A stretch of DNA of 63,381 nucleotides, the filler included, from Collodictyon triciliatum (taxonomy: Eukaryota): assembly GCA_043381765.1 (NCBI GenBank). It is 15 parts of 15 records of this genome, joined end to end, with 100 filler letters (N's around TTAATTAATTAA, not from the genome) between each part and the next. Parts side by side here need not be neighbours in the genome. Positions count along the whole stretch, not along the records: positions 1 to 4,204 come from JBHJMP010006391.1; positions 4,305 to 8,506 come from JBHJMP010006392.1; positions 8,607 to 14,713 come from JBHJMP010006393.1; 12 more parts are not named here. One strand, 5' to 3'. The notes beneath the pieces are model-generated. The model saw only the letters and a program-made list of their open reading frames with translations. It had not been told where the DNA came from and ran no database searches. Shown here piece after piece: positions 1 through 13,877 of this stretch. A program made the translations under genes and the position numbers. Every line of letters starts with the position of its first letter. Within the stretch, counting starts at the first letter, position 1.

Positions 1-1901
1 GGAGGGATGGGTTTGTTGGATTTGATAAATCGACATCTATATAGGCAAGGGAGAAAATTGAACTAATTTAGATGATATAACAACGATTAACTATTGTATT
101 GGTTTATTTATTGAGCGATAAACCTACAAATCATTTTCACTTGGAGAAACGAACAAGGTCTAGTTAGGTGAGGGGTATGGGCGTGAAGCTGTGGGCAAAT
201 GATTGCAGGACGGTCAAGGGGAGGGGTGGTGTATCATTCAGCGGCAGACTGGTTTTTAGCGAGAATATGGTATGTGTTTTTCGATTTGGATTTAATAATG
301 GTTCATTAGTTGGTTTTTTTTTTAAAAAAATTCACATTTGATGCAATTGTGTATCTATCGATTTAATTAAAACGGAATTTAAAATACGGATATCAAAATT
401 CTGCAGATAACAAACACTTTCTAGAAGATACGTAGTTTAAAGATTTTTTGTAGATTTAGTATTCACAAGGCGATACATAATACGATTATTGAAAAATAAA
501 CGACGTAGCATGACTATTCCGTAGGCAGACCATTCATCTTGATTTAACTTCATTAGAAAATATGTAGCTGAGGCAATTATATAATAAATATTAAAATATT
601 GATTCCATGTTTACATACTATTATTAAATCTATCAACTGAATAATAAAATAACTAGTATGGCCAGACTCTGATGATAATTCTTAATTTGATAGATTTTGT
701 ACTATCATCATTAGTAATAATTTTACAACTGAAATATTTTTAATTAAAACTATTCGACTTAATGCATGCTGTATTTTATATGTTAAATAGGCAATGTTTT
801 CGAATAAGATTAAGCCTCCTTACCGCAAAAAAGGATACATGACTCTCGATTACAAAAATTTACAACGAATATTATTATTTTATTTATTTTTTGGTCATGA
901 ATGACTGGACAAAGACACACTTACTTCCACACACAACACAACCCAACACCCCCACCGTACGTTCTTAGACCTTTACTTCAGACCATCGGGAAAACTAGGA
1001 GCCGCCGATCCACCAACCCTCCCCCCTCCTCCAAGTAGTAGATCGAAACAGTTCCCTTTCCCACAGATTTTGTCTTTTGTCCCTTCCAATTGCAACTGTA
1101 TCTGAGTTTTGCCCATGACTTTAGTTTGAACAGTTTCTCATTCAAGAAGAATAATTAATGCTTAATATGATATATTGAATAAAATAATGCGATTTTTTGG
1201 CTAGTCCATGATGTTGTCAGATTGAACCATTTATCAAAACGAGACCTAAATTAAGAAGGAATGTTGGTTGATAATCTGCTAAAAATGAGGCTATATACAT
1301 GTACTTGAAATGTGAGTATTCGGTTTTTCTATCGTTGAATATCAAACATGTGGCGAATTTTCTGTCATATAAATTTAAAAATTTTACGTGCTTTTCAATC
1401 ATGAAGGGGATCAGAAGATAAATTAGACAAGAATCTACTTTTTTGCTATCAGAATCTTGGTCAATCTGGCCCAAAGATTGCACTATTCTTTGTAATGCCC
1501 TCAAAGTTTCAATTATGAGTTTCTTGAATTATTGTAAAAAAATTAGATTAATGGAACTTGAAACCTTGAAATAAATCATTTCCTTTCGATGCTATCAATT
1601 GGCTTGGTCAACTTACTGTATGACTTGTTTATCGCCAAAAAATGAGAACTCCAGAGTTCCTTGTACGATGAAATGGTATGACAGATGGACCCTTTCTGAA
1701 ATTTCATGCAGTGCTATGATAAATGGTTTTTTTTAAGTTCATCCAGAGAAATAATCAAAATATTTAAATAGTTGAAAATTTTGTCCTGATCTTCCTCCTT
1801 ATGCAAGCACAAGACCCAGGCTACAGGACAAAATGAAGGATGCAATTCCTGAATACCGATTACTTCTATGCCACTCGGCAACCAAGTAGCGTCCACGCAA
1901 A

Positions 1902-1968
1902 CGATGGCTAGCGAACCAAGGCCAACATCTCCACCGTCTTGCACAAAATGGAATGGAAGAATAAAAAA
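1902..1968 (+). mobile_element. 3' end of poly(A)-type retroposon family B
   Basis: cgatggctagcgaaccaaggccaac..tgcacaaaatggaatggaagaataaaaaa matches 36468-36543(-), 28417-28458(+) and 16011-16057(-). Confidence 0.7.
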
Positions 1969-4204
1969 TAGTCGAAAATTTTGTATTGATTGTATAGATT
2001 ATTTTGTTTCAATGAAACCCTCTTTAATATCGTTGAAATTAACTCATGATTGATTTTATCCAACTTAGCTACTTTTAATTCATACATTATTAAATATCAT
2101 CTACGCCTTATGAAAAATAAAGGTAAAAATTAAGATAGCAAAGAATCATAATCTACCGTTTATTTAGCCATAAAAATACCTGTAGAGATTTTCCCAAATA
2201 TGTGTCATACCTGAATCTGGTTGATTAAAGTATAATTTTGAATTTCAAGGAGTCAAGTTGAACGGACGACGGTCTTCGGACTATTAGAATGGATAATTAA
2301 TTATTTGTGTTTCCAAAATTTTGAGTAATACTGTAGTTGCTAATTAAAAAAATAAAGGTATATTTCTTCAGAGTCTGCAAAAATTATTTACAATATTATT
2401 GCCGGTTCCGCTAATGCCTATGCTGAAGAAGTTATGCTGGTTTGCCGGCTGCTATATGGTATCTGTTGAATACTAGACATACATAAGTCAAGGGTATTGG
2501 ATTTGGAGTCGAATAGAATGAATGAATATAAGGAATCTGATAGTAAAGGAGAGCAGGATAGTCATGAGGACATTCGCCCCAAAGGGGATTTGGCCTCCGG
2601 TCAAATTTAAGTCAGAGTCCTTGGTAGTCGCAACTCTTAAAGGCTGCAACTTTTCTCGACCCTATCGGTTGCATATTAATGAACCACAAATCCAGATTCC
2701 ATACGCTGCTGGCCTGAACCCCTTAACCGACACGTGCCACTGCTTTCAACCAACATGCAACAACTACGGCGTCCTGTAAAAAATTTTAAAAGCCCCTTCA
2801 TTCACTTGTATCGAATAAAGGAAAATATGAATAAACGAGGGATTTATTTTTTTCCACCAATAGGCGAATCATATGAAAAAGGCCGAGTTGAGAAGAGAAA
2901 AGCAAACAGATCAAAAACCAACCTGAAAGCAAATCCAAGATCGAAGAGACGTTCTTGAAGTCTACATTTGAAGGATCTCCATCGAAGTCATCTTACTGTG
3001 AGCAGAGCAACCAGAGATTCAATCACCCCGAAGCTCCTAGAAAGCTTCACAAACCGCATGAGATTGGAATAGAATTCACTTAAAATACTTAGAAACCGCT
3101 AAATGACAAATCCGCTAAAGCTTCAAAAAAATAAAGATAGAATCAAAGGATATTTCATATAGTGTGTATGCGTGGCCAACGATGCTTTGCAACAGAAAGG
3201 CTCAGAAATCCGGAAGATGCCAGCTCTCCTTGGCTTGCGAATAGTTGTAATGATAAGGGCCCTAAAACCTTTGCAGGAAGGATGAATAGTTGAATTTAAT
3301 GTTATTTGGATATGTAAATAAGTTTCCATGGGGTTTGAGTTTTGAGTTTTGGTCGGTTCGTGCGCAACATAACCCAGGGATTATACTGGTAAAGACTAGA
3401 GCCAATCACATGAAGTTTCGCCGAAGGGACCCATCTTTGGCCCGTTCTTGTTTCTTTCATTTTATTTTTATTTGCCAGCTTTTGATAGACTACCCCATTC
3501 TCGATCAAGTCTTCTGACTTTCTGATATAGGTAAAAGACTTGCTTAGGTGTAAACCTCCGTTTTTTGTAAAAAAGAAAAAAAAGGTATAATTTCATGTTG
3601 CATTATTCAGTTTGCTTGGTCTTATGTTGATCGGTGGTTTTTTTTTTGTTTTGTTTTGTTAAAAATAATGAGCGTCCAAGCAAAAGGGATTCAATAGATC
3701 AGTTGTGTTGTGCTGGTCTTTGGCTTTTGTTCTTGGCTGTCTGTGTGCTTTCGTTGGTGGAAATGTGCTGGTGCTGGTGTTGAGGGTGTCTTTTTTTCTT
3801 TATTTGGTATCTTGTCAACAGTTTATTGAGAGAAAATAAAGCAGAGGAAACCGCCATCACCTCTGGGACAGAAATGAGCTGTGGACGAGACAGTGGAAAC
3901 CCCGGATTGTGTGGTTGGAGGTTTTGTGTTTTGGGTGGAAAGAAAAAGAATATAGAAAGGAGAGAAAGAGTTCCCACACACAGACTATTCTACCCGAGGT
4001 GAATCAGCTCCAACGTGATTTCTGGTTGCATTTAAGACTGAGAGAAGAGCGATAAAGTTGTCGGGTCGATGAAAGTACGCACATGGCAGTTACTTCGAAA
4101 ATCGATTCCGACGAGTCCTTTCAACCGTCTATCTCAGACAAGGTTTACATCCTATTTCATTCCACAGGATGAGTCTTTTGAGGGGACAACGGGTCACTTT
4201 CCTT

Positions 4205-4304
4205 NNNNNNNNNNNNNNNNNNNNNNNNNNNNNNNNNNNNNNNNNNNNTTAATTAATTAANNNNNNNNNNNNNNNNNNNNNNNNNNNNNNNNNNNNNNNN
4301 NNNN
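4205..4304. other. Artificial 100-bp contig linker (N44-TTAATTAATTAA-N44); same linker near 8.5, 14.7, 19.0, 23.3, 27.6, 31.9, 36.2, 40.5, 44.8, 49.0, 53.3, 57.7 and 61.9 kb
   Basis: The same N-flanked 12-mer, with stops in all six frames, occurs 14 times between pieces of about 4.2 kb. Confidence 0.98.
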
Positions 4305-4560
4305 GGTAATAGTAATAGTAATAGTAATAGTAATAGTAATAGTAATAGTAATAGTAATAGTAATAGTAATAGTAATAGTAATAGTAATAGTAATAGTAAT
4401 AGTAATAGTAAAAGTAATAGTAAAAGTAATAGTAAAAGTAATAGCAATAGTCATAGCAATAGTAATAGATATAGTAATAGTAATGATAATGATAATGATA
4501 ATGATAATGATAATGATAATGATAATGATAATGATAATGATAGTAACAGTCATAATAGTA
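4305..4560. repeat. (GTAATA)n/(GATAAT)n hexanucleotide microsatellite
   Basis: Direct reading. Confidence 0.97.
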
Positions 4561-4637
4561 TGTAATTGTGGATAAATATCTAAATAAATAGTTCTGTTGC
4601 TCACACTTTCATACTCTAATGTTCACCAATATATCAG

Positions 4638-7600
4638 GAAGCACATGGCAACACACTTTTCCCCGCATGGCTGATTTACCTGTCCAGCGGCAAGATGTTT
4701 TGACCCTGGAAAAGCGTCTGAATGAATTATTGGACATGTGCCCTCAGGTTTTCCTCTTCTAGTAATGCACAACCATTATTACTGGTTTATGGAGTTGAAG
4801 ATGCCCTTCTGAATGCCAAAAGAAAAATAAATAATAATTACCCGATATGTAGTCTGCTTCAGCTCCAGAGAAGGCAGCGTACGACCAAGCATGTATCGAC
4901 CTCGTATACGGCGAGGCTGCACAGATGGTTTCTTATTCTTCCAATAAAATTCGAACCAACTTCATCACATCATGTAATGGAGAAAATGCTCATCTCATCC
5001 TTTCATTACATCATAGTCAGCAGTCATTTGCTATGAGCTTGGTGGTCTTTTCCAAAAACTCAGACAGGCAATAAATCAAATTGTAATTTTACAAATGGAG
5101 AGTTTTCTTCCTTTTTTCTTCTTTCGTTACGAACCCTAATATCTCTCAATACTGATCAGAAATACGCAGAAGTATTCGTTTCCCTGCGAAGCAACCACAC
5201 TGACTTATCAGGACAACTTCAGGATGCACAGAAAGAGATATCTGCGGCCATACAAAAGACTAAGCTGTTGAGCCTTTCTTTATATGCAGACGAAAGACAA
5301 AATTTCAAAGCAATTTCTATTTATTTTCTTTTTTTTTCTCTTTACTTTGGGACTGATATGGTGAACTGATTATTAGAATGCATGATGAAAAAATCACCGA
5401 AATTGCCAACCTCGAATCCCAATATCGACTGATGCTTCACCATGGTGTGTAAATCTCATATCTGATAAAATTCAAACGTTTGATTTCTTCCCATAATAAT
5501 AATCGCTATTTTCTGGTGGCATGTCTCTCAGCAAAAAGCGAGTTTGATAAAAAGTATCAAGAGATGAAGAAATCCCAAGAAGAGACGATGTCCTTGAATC
5601 GAAGGTTGGTATAATTATGCAAACAAATCAAGAGTGATTTTTTCGACCTTTGATTTTCTCCTTTTAATGTAAATTTTCTATTTAGGTTAGAAGAGCGGAT
5701 ATCAAATCTCTTTATCATTTTCAAATACCTCAAGGAAGACCCTGTTTGGGACCAAGTCGATAAACTCAAGGGTTTGTAATATTTGATATGAAAATAAAAA
5801 AAAACTATTCGAAATCACATTCCAAAAATCTATTTATAAATCTAATTCAAATTGCAGATAGTATTTCAAAAAATACTACATATATCCGAAAGCTGGAGTA
5901 CGAGTCATCTGCACTACGTTCAAAGTATTCCCCTTTTTTTTTTTAAAAAAAAAACAATAAAATATCATCCCTATTTTATATTTATTACATAACAAGAAAA
6001 ATGGAAAACATATTCAATACATACCATATTTTGATTATTCATCTATTATCGATTTAAATCATAAGAATACAAGAGCTGCAGTCTAGCTTAGCAGATAAAA
6101 CAAATTTGATTACAAGGATGAGAGACCGAGCAGAGAAGAAAGTATTATCTAGTACACAAAATTTACTATGTTTTCAAACACCATTTTCTTAATTATATAT
6201 CTAAAAATCATATAGCAGCAGGCAAACACTGTACAGGAGAAAGTAGATGCCAATAATCCACCACAAAATGGACTGTCTGATGAGAATGAACCAGCCTTAG
6301 ACTACGTTAGCCAAGAATATATACTTTCTTTTCCTTAAAAATATACAATTGGTGAAAAATGGTCAACTGCATATTTTTTTCAACAACTTAAAGATAAACA
6401 TAAACAAAATAAACCAGAGCGCTTATGACACTGAGGCATACAATGAAGATAGCACAGTTTCTTGCCCAAAATGTGGCACGTATGTCATCGTTCCTTCTGG
6501 GTTTCAAAGAAGCTTATCTGATATCCCAACCTTGTAAGTTAATATCTACATTCCCTTTCAACAATCTGCAAAGAGGCATTCCACTGGAAAGACACTGAAA
6601 CAAAAACAAGACCGACATTTATTCTGATTTACCAATCCTGGGCTTTTTCCTTTAGAGGTGTCAAAGAAGAAAAAAAGAGAACGGGCCCAACTTTAGAGGA
6701 ACTTGAAATCCAAAAAAGAAAACAGCTTGATAAGATTATTCTCGAAAAGGTAAATCCCTATTTTACTTGACAGATTCATTTAATATTATTGTGGATGTAA
6801 TGTAGACCGATAAATTATTTAATGGCTGCGAATGCATTTCCATATCTATATTTTTAAAGTGTAATTTTCATTTATCATAGCTGGATAACACGATGGGAAC
6901 ACTCCAATCTGTAGAAATATTTGATGACTCTCGAAACTCCAAAGGCGCTTCGGCTGCAGCATCAAGCATAGACCATGAAGAAAGCGTAAGCCTCCTACCA
7001 AATTTCGAACAACATTACCTGCATTGCAGCATTTTTCTCTATTCGTACTGGGTATAAGTATCGTGCTGATTCAGCAATATCTATCATTATCATTATAGCC
7101 ATCGCAAAACCTACGGACGATGATTAAAGCTGCCGTGACAGGTAAAATGACTACCAAAATAATTTTTTATTTCAGACTATCACCTAGCGAAGCCGTTTGT
7201 AATATCAATTCGTTGTATTCGCAGATTACAGAAATATTTCAGACGAAGAGGCGGCCAATGGTGAATTGATACAATAAATAATTAATATTTTTTTTTGATA
7301 TTCGTTCATTTCAAATATAACACCATATATTCCATCACTACCAGTAATGCTCAAGAGTATTGAGAAGTTCGATTTCACTGTTAAAACAATGTCTAAGAAG
7401 CTCAGTCAAGGTATCACAAAGAAAATTACGCTCCAAAAGGCTTTTTCATTTTTCCCTCAAAGTAAATTTAAATATCTTTCCTCGAAACTACTACAGCTCA
7501 GTATGCCGTGAATGAGAACATGCATGAAGTCAACAAATTAAAGGAAATTCAGTCGGCATTAACCAGAAAGGTATGTTTCTATGATTTTAACTCATGAAAT

Positions 7601-8386
7601 CCTAATGACTTACATTACATGCGCGAAGATGGAAGAAAGAGACCGAGAATATGAAGCGTTGGCCTCAAAATCCTTCGAAAGTCAGCGTCGTACTTTTCGT
7701 GAGATCGGTGTGAATACAGATGAACCAGTGAGTCAAAACACGAGCAACACGAGTACCCATGATTCAAAATTAATTCTAAAATATTAAATAACATCCAAAA
7801 GCTGAAGCTGGGAGTTGGATTGGCTGGGTAATATATACTTAAGAAAACAGAAAATCGGCGATTTTTTTTTTTTTAAAAAATGAAGATGAAAGAATTGTTA
7901 ATCATGAATCTATTTGTTTAAAATTGGCAGGTCTTCGGTAAATGCCTATCCTCTCATGATTTTGCAGGTTGCTGAAAAACAATAATTAACGATAGACACA
8001 TCTCACATTTACTCTTTAGTCAAAAATTTTAAGGGACGATGGAAAGAAGAAGGTGAAGAAAGAAGAAGGTAACAGAATCAAATCGAGTCCAATTCTGACT
8101 TTATATAGATTGGGAGACTTATAGCGATTTTAACACTTGGGCAAATATCTACGCTATAGAACCCCAATTGGAAACAACCCCGAAGCATACCAGAAATGCG
8201 GGAGATATGATGTGCGTACATATGGTTGTCTCATGAGACATTCATTTTTATTCAAGTCTCTACGATGATGTCGAGAGCAATAACACATATATTCCTTCGT
8301 CTTGCAGGCAATGGACTCTGGCGCACAGAAAGAAAGTTGGGGAAGAAGAAATCAGAAAGAAAAGCTACATTTATCGACTTATTGCC
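4638..8386 (+). CDS. Multi-exon coiled-coil protein with N-terminal axonemal dynein light chain (DNALI1/AXDND1-like) domain; partial
   Basis: Phase-consistent exons give PVQRQDVLTLEKRLNELLDM..CIDLVYGEAAQMSAVICYELGGLFQKLRQKYAEVF, resembling the Ax_dynein_light motif (TRxDVxxL..FxELIRQVTIxCxERGxLL). Coiled-coil exons and a CPKCG motif follow. Confidence 0.65.
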
Positions 8387-8442
8387 GTAATAACTTAATG
8401 CTGTTGAGAAATTATTCATGCGTGAAACTCAAATGTTCGTTT

Positions 8443-8506
<64 letters not shown>

Positions 8507-8606
8507 NNNNNNNNNNNNNNNNNNNNNNNNNNNNNNNNNNNNNNNNNNNNTTAATTAATTAANNNNNNNNNNNNNNNNNNNNNNNNNNNNNNNNNNNNNN
8601 NNNNNN

Positions 8607-8698
<92 letters not shown>

Positions 8699-8935
8699 GA
8701 GAAAGAAAGAAAGGGAGAAAGAGAGAAAGAAAGAAAGGAAGAAAGAAGAAAGAAAGAAAGGAAGAAAGAAGAAAGAAAGAAGAAAGAAAGAAGAAAGAAA
8801 GAAGAAAGAAAGAAGAAAGAAAGAAAGAAGAAAGAAAAAAAGAAAAGAAAAAAAGAAAAGAAAAAAAGAAAAGAAAAAAAGAAAAGTAAAAGAGAAATAC
8901 AGAAGAAAGAGAGTAAAAAGAAGAATAAAAAGAAA
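8607..8935. repeat. (GAAA)n-derived purine-rich microsatellite
   Basis: Direct reading. Confidence 0.95.
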
Positions 8936-8974
8936 AGACATGAAAACAGTGCTGATGGCCCTCTGCCTCAACAG

Positions 8975-9367
8975 AAAGACTGCATGTTATGATGATCGGG
9001 CTCCTCTGCGTGTTCCTGAAGGCTCTTGCCTCTCGCGTCCGAAGCCCGTTTCTGCCTGTTCCTCATCCTCCAACATCAAACGACAACAAGCAGAGCAGCA
9101 AGAAAAACCCAAAGGGAACTGGGTAATCATACCAAATGGGTAAATTGCAGAGATTCATACGCTTAAAAAAAAAAAAGAAAGAAAAAAGGGAATGGGCCAC
9201 AACGAAGAAAAATCGCCGCCTGCAAAACCACAACTCTAACCACAACCAACTGTTTTCTCAACCACCCAAATAGGCACTATCGTTCGGATTGGACTGACAG
9301 CTGCAGCAGTCTAAAGTGTCAGATGAAGAATCACGCCGCTTGTTTCCCAAGAGTCTTGAGCAGATGA
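8975..9367 (+). CDS. Probable last two exons of a hypothetical protein
   Basis: Higher-GC segments with a GT-AG join: KTACYDDRAPLRVPE..WVIIPNG|HYRSDWTD..VLSR*. No recognisable domain. Confidence 0.35.
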
Positions 9368-10169
9368 GCATAGTCGAAGCGTGCATTTGGTAGATTCACC
9401 ATTGTTTCTGCAGGGATGTGCTTTGTTGAGAGATTTCAGTAACTACTGCACAACCAGATGTAATCTGTCCAGGCAAATGGCGATGTTGTGGAATCAAGCG
9501 TCGCCTGTAAGTTTTATGGGTTACTTTTATTTTGTTTTGTTGTGGTGTCACCGCAGGCTGTGTGTATTGTTGCATAATCACACGAATTGTATGTCTTTGA
9601 TACAAAAAGTACAAACATAAGGAGACTGGTAGAGACAGGAAAGCGAGGAAAGAAATTATGTTTGTAAGATAATTGATGAAAAGAAAGAAAGGAGAAAGGA
9701 GAAGAGCCGGTGTTCAAATTAATTGCAGAAAAAAAAATTCAGCAAAGTGGGGTTGTTAAGTGACAATAAAGTAAAGAATTGGTGAATGGTTAATTAAGGC
9801 ATCAGTGAATGGTTTCAGAGTCTTTGATATTAGAAACACATTTTGTCTGCATTATGGAGAGAAAGGATATATATAGAGAGAAGCAGTATATTCTGCTTTC
9901 AAACGATAAATTGCATAAAGTAAATTATCCGATTCAGTGGCTCGTCAGAATGGGAAAAAAAATACGGGTGTGAGTTATCCTGTTACACTGGATAGTTTTC
10001 TTTCCCTCGCTCTGCTCTGGTGGTGCCATCAATATTTCACTACAATATTTTAATTATTTTTTATTATAATCATTGAGATATTGCAATTGCAGAATATTCT
10101 TTGAAATTATTTTTTTTTTGAGTTTCAAGCCTTCGTGATTGTTTTTTATATATAAAAATAACAATCTCA

Positions 10170-10513
10170 CCGTATTTTCGTTTTCAAATAATCCACAAGG
10201 TAGATTTGTTTTTCAGCTGACTACCACGGATGATTTGCCAGGTTCGTTGAGGCAGCTGCTTTAGGTGAGCCTATATCTGTTTATTTAAACATCTATTCTA
10301 ACATTTCATACAATCTTCCAGGAAAAAAAAAAAAGGAAAAAAAAAAAAAAAAAAAAAAAAAAAAAANNNNNNNNNNNNNNNNNNNNNNNNNNNNNNNNNN
10401 NNNNNNNNNNNNNNNNNNNNNNNNNNNNNNNNNNNNNNNNNNNNNNNNNNNNNNNNNNNNNNNNNNNNNNNNNNNNNNNNNNNNNNNNNNNNNNNNNNNN
10501 NNNNNNNNNNNNN

Positions 10514-10557
<44 letters not shown>

Positions 10558-13236
10558 ATTTAACAAGAATGTTGCTGGATTTAATTATGCATCCATAATT
10601 GAGTGTAAATGGGGAATCATACAAAGGTCATGTGGATGTTCAGTAACCGAATCGACCTACAAAAGCAAGTCTATCCTTAATAGCTAGCCTTTTTTTTTTA
10701 AAAAAAAAAAAATAAATTCTTCTAAAAAACAAGATAAAATATTTTCAACCGAGAGACCAAATAGCGCATATCTTACTTGTACAGATACTGCACTTGTGCT
10801 TGCGACACTGTCTGCATGGTCTGGGGTGCTTGATGTTTGCGTATTAATGAATGTCCTTGCCTGTCGCAAAATTATTCTAGTGAGCTCTCTGCTTGTGACT
10901 CTCCAGCCATTTCCACGTCGATGAGTTAGCATTGTGGATTAGAAAAATATTTGAATGTGAAAATAGAATTTAAAATAGAAGGTGCATACATCACGGAGCC
11001 ACGGGTGTTTCATAACCGCTGATGCGGATAAACGATTCTTTGGGAGATATGCTAATGTGCCTTCTAATAGCTCTTGTGCGGGCTTTGGTAAGAACGGGGG
11101 CATCTCAAACTTTCCGCTGCACAACTGGGCAATGGCGGAATTAATTTAAATAGATGAGCAAATATTTAATAGTAGTATCAACTAAGAGAAAAGGACGAGA
11201 ATGAAATTCAGTTTCGAAAAGAGTTTTTGCTTGTGCATAATTAGGTTACTTTAGCTTTGTATCTCGTTTGAACTTCGTCGTAAAAAGGCAGCCTTGTCTA
11301 TGAAAGGTTGATCATTTATTCATTTATTTTTCGAATTAAGAGTACAAAGGTACAAGAGGTATTTGAAAAGTGGTAAGCATGTGTGTTACATTCGTTACTC
11401 TTGCAGAATTTATTGTGTAAAATTTCAAATAAAGCGACCAATTACCGTTAATAATGCATATAAGATAACACCACAGCTCCATATATCAGCTTTGAAACCG
11501 TCGTACGGTGACCCCTAAATATGCATATATTGTCATTGAATTTATCGAGGGAAGTGCATTTACTGGTTGATGAAAATAAAAACTTCAAAAAAAAAAAAAA
11601 AAAAGACGCATTCCCAGATACATGTTTAGAGCTTGCGCTATGAAATGTAAATACAAATGATGCAAATAATTACAAATAAAACTTCAGGGCTGACATAATA
11701 GGTGGACCTGAATCGCATTTTTGAATTATATATGTGTTAGCAGTGATCAGTTTATGCTACAAGCATACTTTATCATGTAATTGACATGCAGTTTGTTGCG
11801 AAACGTATATGTGTCATAAAGTCGAAGATTTATCATCTATCATAAATTCTTTTGTTATTATCTCCATACAGGGTTATACTTAAAAATCATGATTTAATTT
11901 CTTAATTCGAGTAAAAATGAATACCCGCAACAGGTCGATAAAAGATGTCCAGGTCTCATCTCGCAAGCGAAGCCAAAGTCAGCAAGCACAACACGAACAG
12001 ATGCAGAAGTTGGTGATAGCGATGAGCCGGGTAGGGATTTTTGTATCAATATATTTTCTGGCTTTAAATCTCGGTGGCTAAATAATTATATAATTATGTC
12101 GACAAAAGAAATCCAAAGAGCAAATGATCGACTGAACAAGTAGGAAAATGAGAAGCACTGTGCTAGTTTGGTATCAATTGGTTTTCTGGATTTCTTACCA
12201 CATGTTCCTTGAGTGGCAGTAATCAACAGCAAGCATTAACTGATAAAAAATGTCCTTTGCTAATGATTGTTCTAATAACTCGCCTTGGTTCAGGATGTCA
12301 TAAAGGTCACCATCAGGCATGTATTCCAGGATGATGAATCTATGAAAAAAAAAATGAAAAAGAACACATGGATGAAACAGGAAGGTTGAGTTGACAGTTT
12401 TTTTTTCCATTTGAAAGAATGTCTTAGTAATACGAAGCCAATCATTTACCCTCGATAAATAGAGTAATGTAGAACGAGATTATGTCAGGGTTATTTATTT
12501 AATCATTTAAATCATTATATGAAGAAAATCAAAATATACAAAAAGCTTTCATCCTCTGCCTTGCCCAGAAAGTTGATGATGTTTGGGTGCTTCATTTCTG
12601 AAAGGTACTGTATCTCCATCATACAATGTCCCTTCAGTTTTGGGTCGCGAGTTAGATCACGTTTGGATATAACTTTGACTGCTGCACGGTGGTGTGTCTC
12701 TTTGTGCTCCCCAACCCGTACGACTCCTGGTGTAGCAGAAGAATATGTAGAGAGCGTCAGTTTGAGTCTAATAAGTTGACTAATGACTGCTCATAAAAAG
12801 TGATCAATTGGATCCTCTTTTTCTTCCTTTGTTCTTTTGTTCTTTTGTTCTTTTGTTCTTTTGTTCTTTTGTTCTTTTGTTCTTTTGTTCTTTTGTTCTT
12901 TTCATTTCTTCTTTTCATTTCTTCTTTTTTGGCTACATAGACAAAAGTACACTCTTTCAGAGTTTGTGATATTGGTGCATTTGTTGTCTTATCTACCACA
13001 GGCAGAGTTAAAAACACCTGTGCATATGTGAGACTGAGCACCGTAACAATCTCGAACAGAAAAAGACGGTGAAGGAAAAGGGGAAAAAAGAGAGAAAAAG
13101 AAACCAAAGGAAAAGGCAGGAAATGATTGAGAAAAAGAGAAACGCTACCTGTTCGCCCAGAACCGACCGTTTTTGAGAGCGTATATGAGCCCGCCTCGTG
13201 CGCGTTTTCGTGATCGGTCGCTCGAGTAGGATTCAT
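10170..13236 (-). CDS. CAMK-group Ser/Thr kinase (BRSK/AMPK/Snf1-like); 3' end uncertain
   Basis: Spliced kinase motifs: [94 protein letters not shown]. Confidence 0.92.
12825..12902. repeat. (TTCTTTTG)n intronic 8-mer repeat
   Basis: Direct reading. Confidence 0.95.
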
Positions 13237-13728
13237 GGCTGCAGAAGTACCCTACGTTTTTCGCCTCTTTGAGCAGTGAAAAAACACACTATTTTTTTTA
13301 TTATTATTATTATCTCTCTCTGTTGGTCTGTCCCATCGAATCAACTCAAAAGCATTGGAGTGCGTGAAGGGAATCCACAGTGACCACCATTGATCGTGGA
13401 GCTGCTTCGTGGTGTTGGATAGATGTCTGTTTTCTCCCTACTCTGAGGCGATTCTCTTCGTTTTGATTTGGAAATGATCAGTGGCAAACATGAGTGAAAA
13501 AAAAAATACATTTATCGACGCTTGGTTCGTGCCAATAAAACTCTATTAGCATGCTGGAGAATTTCTTCTCCCTCAGACAGACAGGGAAGTTGTTGTGGTA
13601 TACAGCTCAATCGGTACATTTCTTTTCTCCGTTGGGGTGTCGTTTAGCCCCGAGTGATACATTCACAATATTTTATATCTTCCCAACAACAAATGAACAT
13701 GATTCCGTTATATTAGTGGCTGATATAA

Positions 13729-13877
13729 TTTGTGATTTGTGATTTGTGATTTGTGATTTGTGATTTGTGATTTGTGATTTGTGATTTGTGATTTGTGATT
13801 TGTGATTTGTGATTTGTGATTTGTGATTTGTGATTCGTGATTTGTGATTTGTGATTAGTGATTTGTGATTTGTGATT
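13729..13877. repeat. (TTTGTGA)n heptamer tandem repeat
   Basis: About 21 copies read directly. Confidence 0.97.

Noticed and set aside
11620-11640. Possible micro-exon in the kinase activation segment
   Set aside because: A normal donor after SPEVLF joins directly in phase to GSPYDG.
13729-13877. (TTTGTGA)n as a telomeric repeat
   Set aside because: Internal, flanked by unique DNA, lacks a G-run, and is one of many different simple repeats here.
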